Source: a virus
Lineage: Duplodnaviria; Caudoviricetes
Virus record (IMG/VR): IMGVR_UViG_3300034168_000656
Span: 1 to 34,813 of that record
Reading direction: 5' to 3' (one strand)
Length of the DNA stretch: 34,813 nt
Part shown: piece by piece, positions 32,347-34,813 of the stretch
How positions within the stretch are numbered: position 1 is the first letter of the stretch
How the letters are laid out: each line of letters opens with the position of its first letter
Made by a program: the position numbers and the translations under genes
Notes under the pieces: model-generated
Databases searched by the model: none
Seen by the model: only the letters and a program-made list of their open reading frames with translations
Told to the model about the DNA's origin: nothing

Positions 32347-33746
32347 ACTATTCGTTTTAAAATTTGCATTTCTGCCCATGCTGGTTTAAATCCTTTATAC
32401 TTTCCGTATTCTCTAAAATCATCTACGTTTTTCAGTTGGTGAAATATCCAATTTTTATTATACCCTTTTGCTATTGCAATTAATTCTAAATCTCTAAAAT
32501 CTGCCTTTTCAATTTTGTTTTTTAATCTAGTTTTAGATAGTTCTTGAAGTTCAACAATAATATCTTTTTCTTTTTCCTGTTCAGATTTTTCAAATATGTG
32601 ACCACATTCGGGGCATTCCATTATTGAAGCATATAATAAATAACCGCAAACACATTCTTTAATTGGTGCAGCACCTTCCTTTTTTTCTTTTTTAGATAGT
32701 GACCAGCTTCTAGGCTCTTCCCAATAGTTATGCTGTCTTATATTATTACCAAAATCCAATATAGTAAATGAATTTTTAGAACTTGTTACACGTGATCCAC
32801 GACCTACCATCTGAAGGAATAAAGGTAAAGATTTTGTTGCCCTATAAAGTATCACTACTTCAATAGTCGGGCAATCAAAACCAGTGGTTAAAATTCCATA
32901 ATTTGAAAGTATTGCACCTTCTGTTTTTTCAAACCATTCTATTATTTCATCTCGATTATTCATGTAACAATCTACGTGCTTTGCTGGCATTCCTTTTTCT
33001 TGAAATGACTTCACTAATTCAATAGAACTATCAATATTAGGACAGAATACAATTGCTTTCTTACCATTGCAGATTCTAACATAATTATCATAAACACCAT
33101 GAAAAAGTTTTATTTCAGAATATTTATCTGCTAAACTCTTTTCGTCATAGTCACCACCTTTTGTTTTAACACCTTTTAGGTCTATTTTAACACCATAAGA
33201 AATAGGTTTTGATAGATTACCTTTATTTATTAATTCGGGTGTATCTATAACTTGAACAATATCTGTGTAAAATTCAGATAAAGCACGTTGTTTGCCTTCT
33301 CTAAATGGTGTTGCTGTTGCACCTATTACATAAGTATTTTCGTTTATGTGCTCAAACATATTATCAAAGATGGATTTATGTGCTTCATCTATAATAATTA
33401 AATCTAAAGTATTAATCCAATCTTTTAACAAGTCAATCCTACGCATTATGGTCTGAATCATACCCACAAAAAGAGATTCATTTAAATCTACTTTTTCATT
33501 TGGTTTAATTAATTGTGGATTCATACCTAATTTTGTAAGCACACTATCCGATTGAGAAAATAATTCTTTTCTATCCGTTAAAATAAGCACCTTATTACCT
33601 TTCATAAAACTATTTCTAGTCATATATGAAAACATAATTGTTTTACCAGCCCCCGTAGGAGCACATAAAACAATTTTCTTATTACCTTTTACAAAACTAT
33701 TTCTTAGTTCTGCAATATATCTTTCTTGGTAATCTCTTAAAATCAT
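32343..33746 (-). CDS. SF2 DEAH-box helicase with C-terminal Zn ribbon
   Basis: PTGAGKT, IIDEAH, TATP, QMVGRGSR and CVC...CPECG motifs. Confidence 0.95.
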   Translation of the reverse strand: MILRDYQERYIAELRNSFVKGNKKIVLCAPTGAGKTIMFSYMTRNSFMKGNKVLILTDRKELFSQSDSVLTKLGMNPQLIKPNEKVDLNESLFVGMIQTIMRRIDLLKDWINTLDLIIIDEAHKSIFDNMFEHINENTYVIGATATPFREGKQRALSEFYTDIVQVIDTPELINKGNLSKPISYGVKIDLKGVKTKGGDYDEKSLADKYSEIKLFHGVYDNYVRICNGKKAIVFCPNIDSSIELVKSFQEKGMPAKHVDCYMNNRDEIIEWFEKTEGAILSNYGILTTGFDCPTIEVVILYRATKSLPLFLQMVGRGSRVTSSKNSFTILDFGNNIRQHNYWEEPRSWSLSKKEKKEGAAPIKECVCGYLLYASIMECPECGHIFEKSEQEKEKDIIVELQELSKTRLKNKIEKADFRDLELIAIAKGYNKNWIFHQLKNVDDFREYGKYKGFKPAWAEMQILKRIV

Positions 33747-34813
33747 AATCCTTGTAATTTAGGGTCGTCCCAAACATCTACTGGGTCAACATTTTTAACA
33801 CTATTTATTTCAAACCATCTTTGACCTTGTGAATTTCCTTCTTTATATTGCTTTCCATGAAATTGGCAGTATTTTTGAATCCAAATATTAAAACGCTTAG
33901 ACTTTAACCAGCTTCTAAAATCTTTATTTTCTTCAATGAAATTATCAAAACAAATAGATTTAATGTGCCTATGTCCTTCTGTTATATTTCCATCACTCAT
34001 CCATTCCAAAAACTCCGCAGATGTTTCGTTTATTAATTTTCTATTTTCAAGATTTGTAAATTCAAATGGAACTAAACCACGCTCTAAATAATACTTTAAA
34101 CAATTAATCATAAAATGGTCAAACCTTGCCCATTCTTGTTGGTCCCAATCATCAAATAGCATATGTCCAAACTCATCTAATGGCGTATGATTTGAATTAA
34201 AATAACTACTCATTTCTACTTCAAACTTTCTACGTTCAAAAGAACCACCAACACCACCAATAGTATAGTTAGTTGTAATAACAATTTTTGGAGATTTTGA
34301 AACAGGAAGCTTTACTGCGTCTTGACCTTTATATTCTAATGTTATACCTTCAGTAATTAATGAAAATAAATACTCAAAATTGAAATTCTTTTTTACATCA
34401 TCAAATACTAATAATTGAGTATCTACAGGAACCGTTTGATAAGGAAAAGACTTATTAAAATCATGTGTTTTACCATCTATTGAAGCTACTTTTTTCATTT
34501 TAGCTAGTGCATTCCAAAAAAGAGATTTTCCCGAACCACCATTTGGATTGTCAGATATTGTTTCGTCATTAAAAATAATGGCTTTATTATTAGCACTTGT
34601 TTTATAACTGTGCATCAAATACCCTATTACGCTTTTTAGCGAATTATATTTATTTACATTTTTACTACTGGCTAGCCAAAGGAATGTTCTAAACTCGCTC
34701 TCATGATGATCCGCATCTATAAAATCTCTATCAATAACTTGTTTCTTCCATACAAAACCATTTAGATTTGTGTATTCAATTTTTTCAAATCTATCTTTTA
34801 ATATTTTTAAAGC
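33743..34813 (-). CDS. Primase-helicase, C-terminal SF3-type helicase part
   Basis: GGSGKS, LVFDD and ITTN motifs; open to the window end and in frame with 1-1477. Confidence 0.9.
   Translation of the reverse strand, partial: ALKILKDRFEKIEYTNLNGFVWKKQVIDRDFIDADHHESEFRTFLWLASSKNVNKYNSLKSVIGYLMHSYKTSANNKAIIFNDETISDNPNGGSGKSLFWNALAKMKKVASIDGKTHDFNKSFPYQTVPVDTQLLVFDDVKKNFNFEYLFSLITEGITLEYKGQDAVKLPVSKSPKIVITTNYTIGGVGGSFERRKFEVEMSSYFNSNHTPLDEFGHMLFDDWDQQEWARFDHFMINCLKYYLERGLVPFEFTNLENRKLINETSAEFLEWMSDGNITEGHRHIKSICFDNFIEENKDFRSWLKSKRFNIWIQKYCQFHGKQYKEGNSQGQRWFEINSVKNVDPVDVWDDPKLQGL
34687..34813. repeat. Terminal direct repeat, right copy
   Basis: Identical to 1-127. Confidence 0.97.

Overview
The window is almost certainly a complete, circularly assembled dsDNA tailed-phage genome of 34,686 bp: bases 1-127 are repeated exactly at 34687-34813. 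The host is probably a Bacteroidota (Flavobacteriia-like) bacterium, based on TAnnTTTG promoters, A-rich starts lacking a Shine-Dalgarno, a DUF3127 SSB and a BT4734-like primase. All credible genes but one are on the minus strand. The modules are: replication (an 806-aa primase-helicase split across the contig junction, SF2 helicase, VRR-NUC); recombination and small early genes; a PLD-like nuclease followed by terminase; tail and tape measure; one plus-strand Maf/sialyltransferase-fold gene; ClpP protease, capsid, tail tube and portal; fibres; lysis genes with an inserted HNH; an accessory small-gene region; and a repeat-rich putative origin. I recognised no integrase, CI-type repressor, DNA polymerase, tRNA, CRISPR array or reverse transcriptase. 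The most unusual signals are non-coding. Two homologous promoter-proximal leaders each have a 5' segment complementary to the loop of their own terminator, with compensatory changes between the two copies. An ORF-less ~85-nt transcript presents the same loop hexamer twice, and a C4-like cloverleaf lies ahead of the HNH gene. Together these suggest an RNA-based attenuation system gating replication. Nested gene cassettes flanked by 15-bp direct repeats are also visible. All protein calls come from motif recognition by eye, not database searches.
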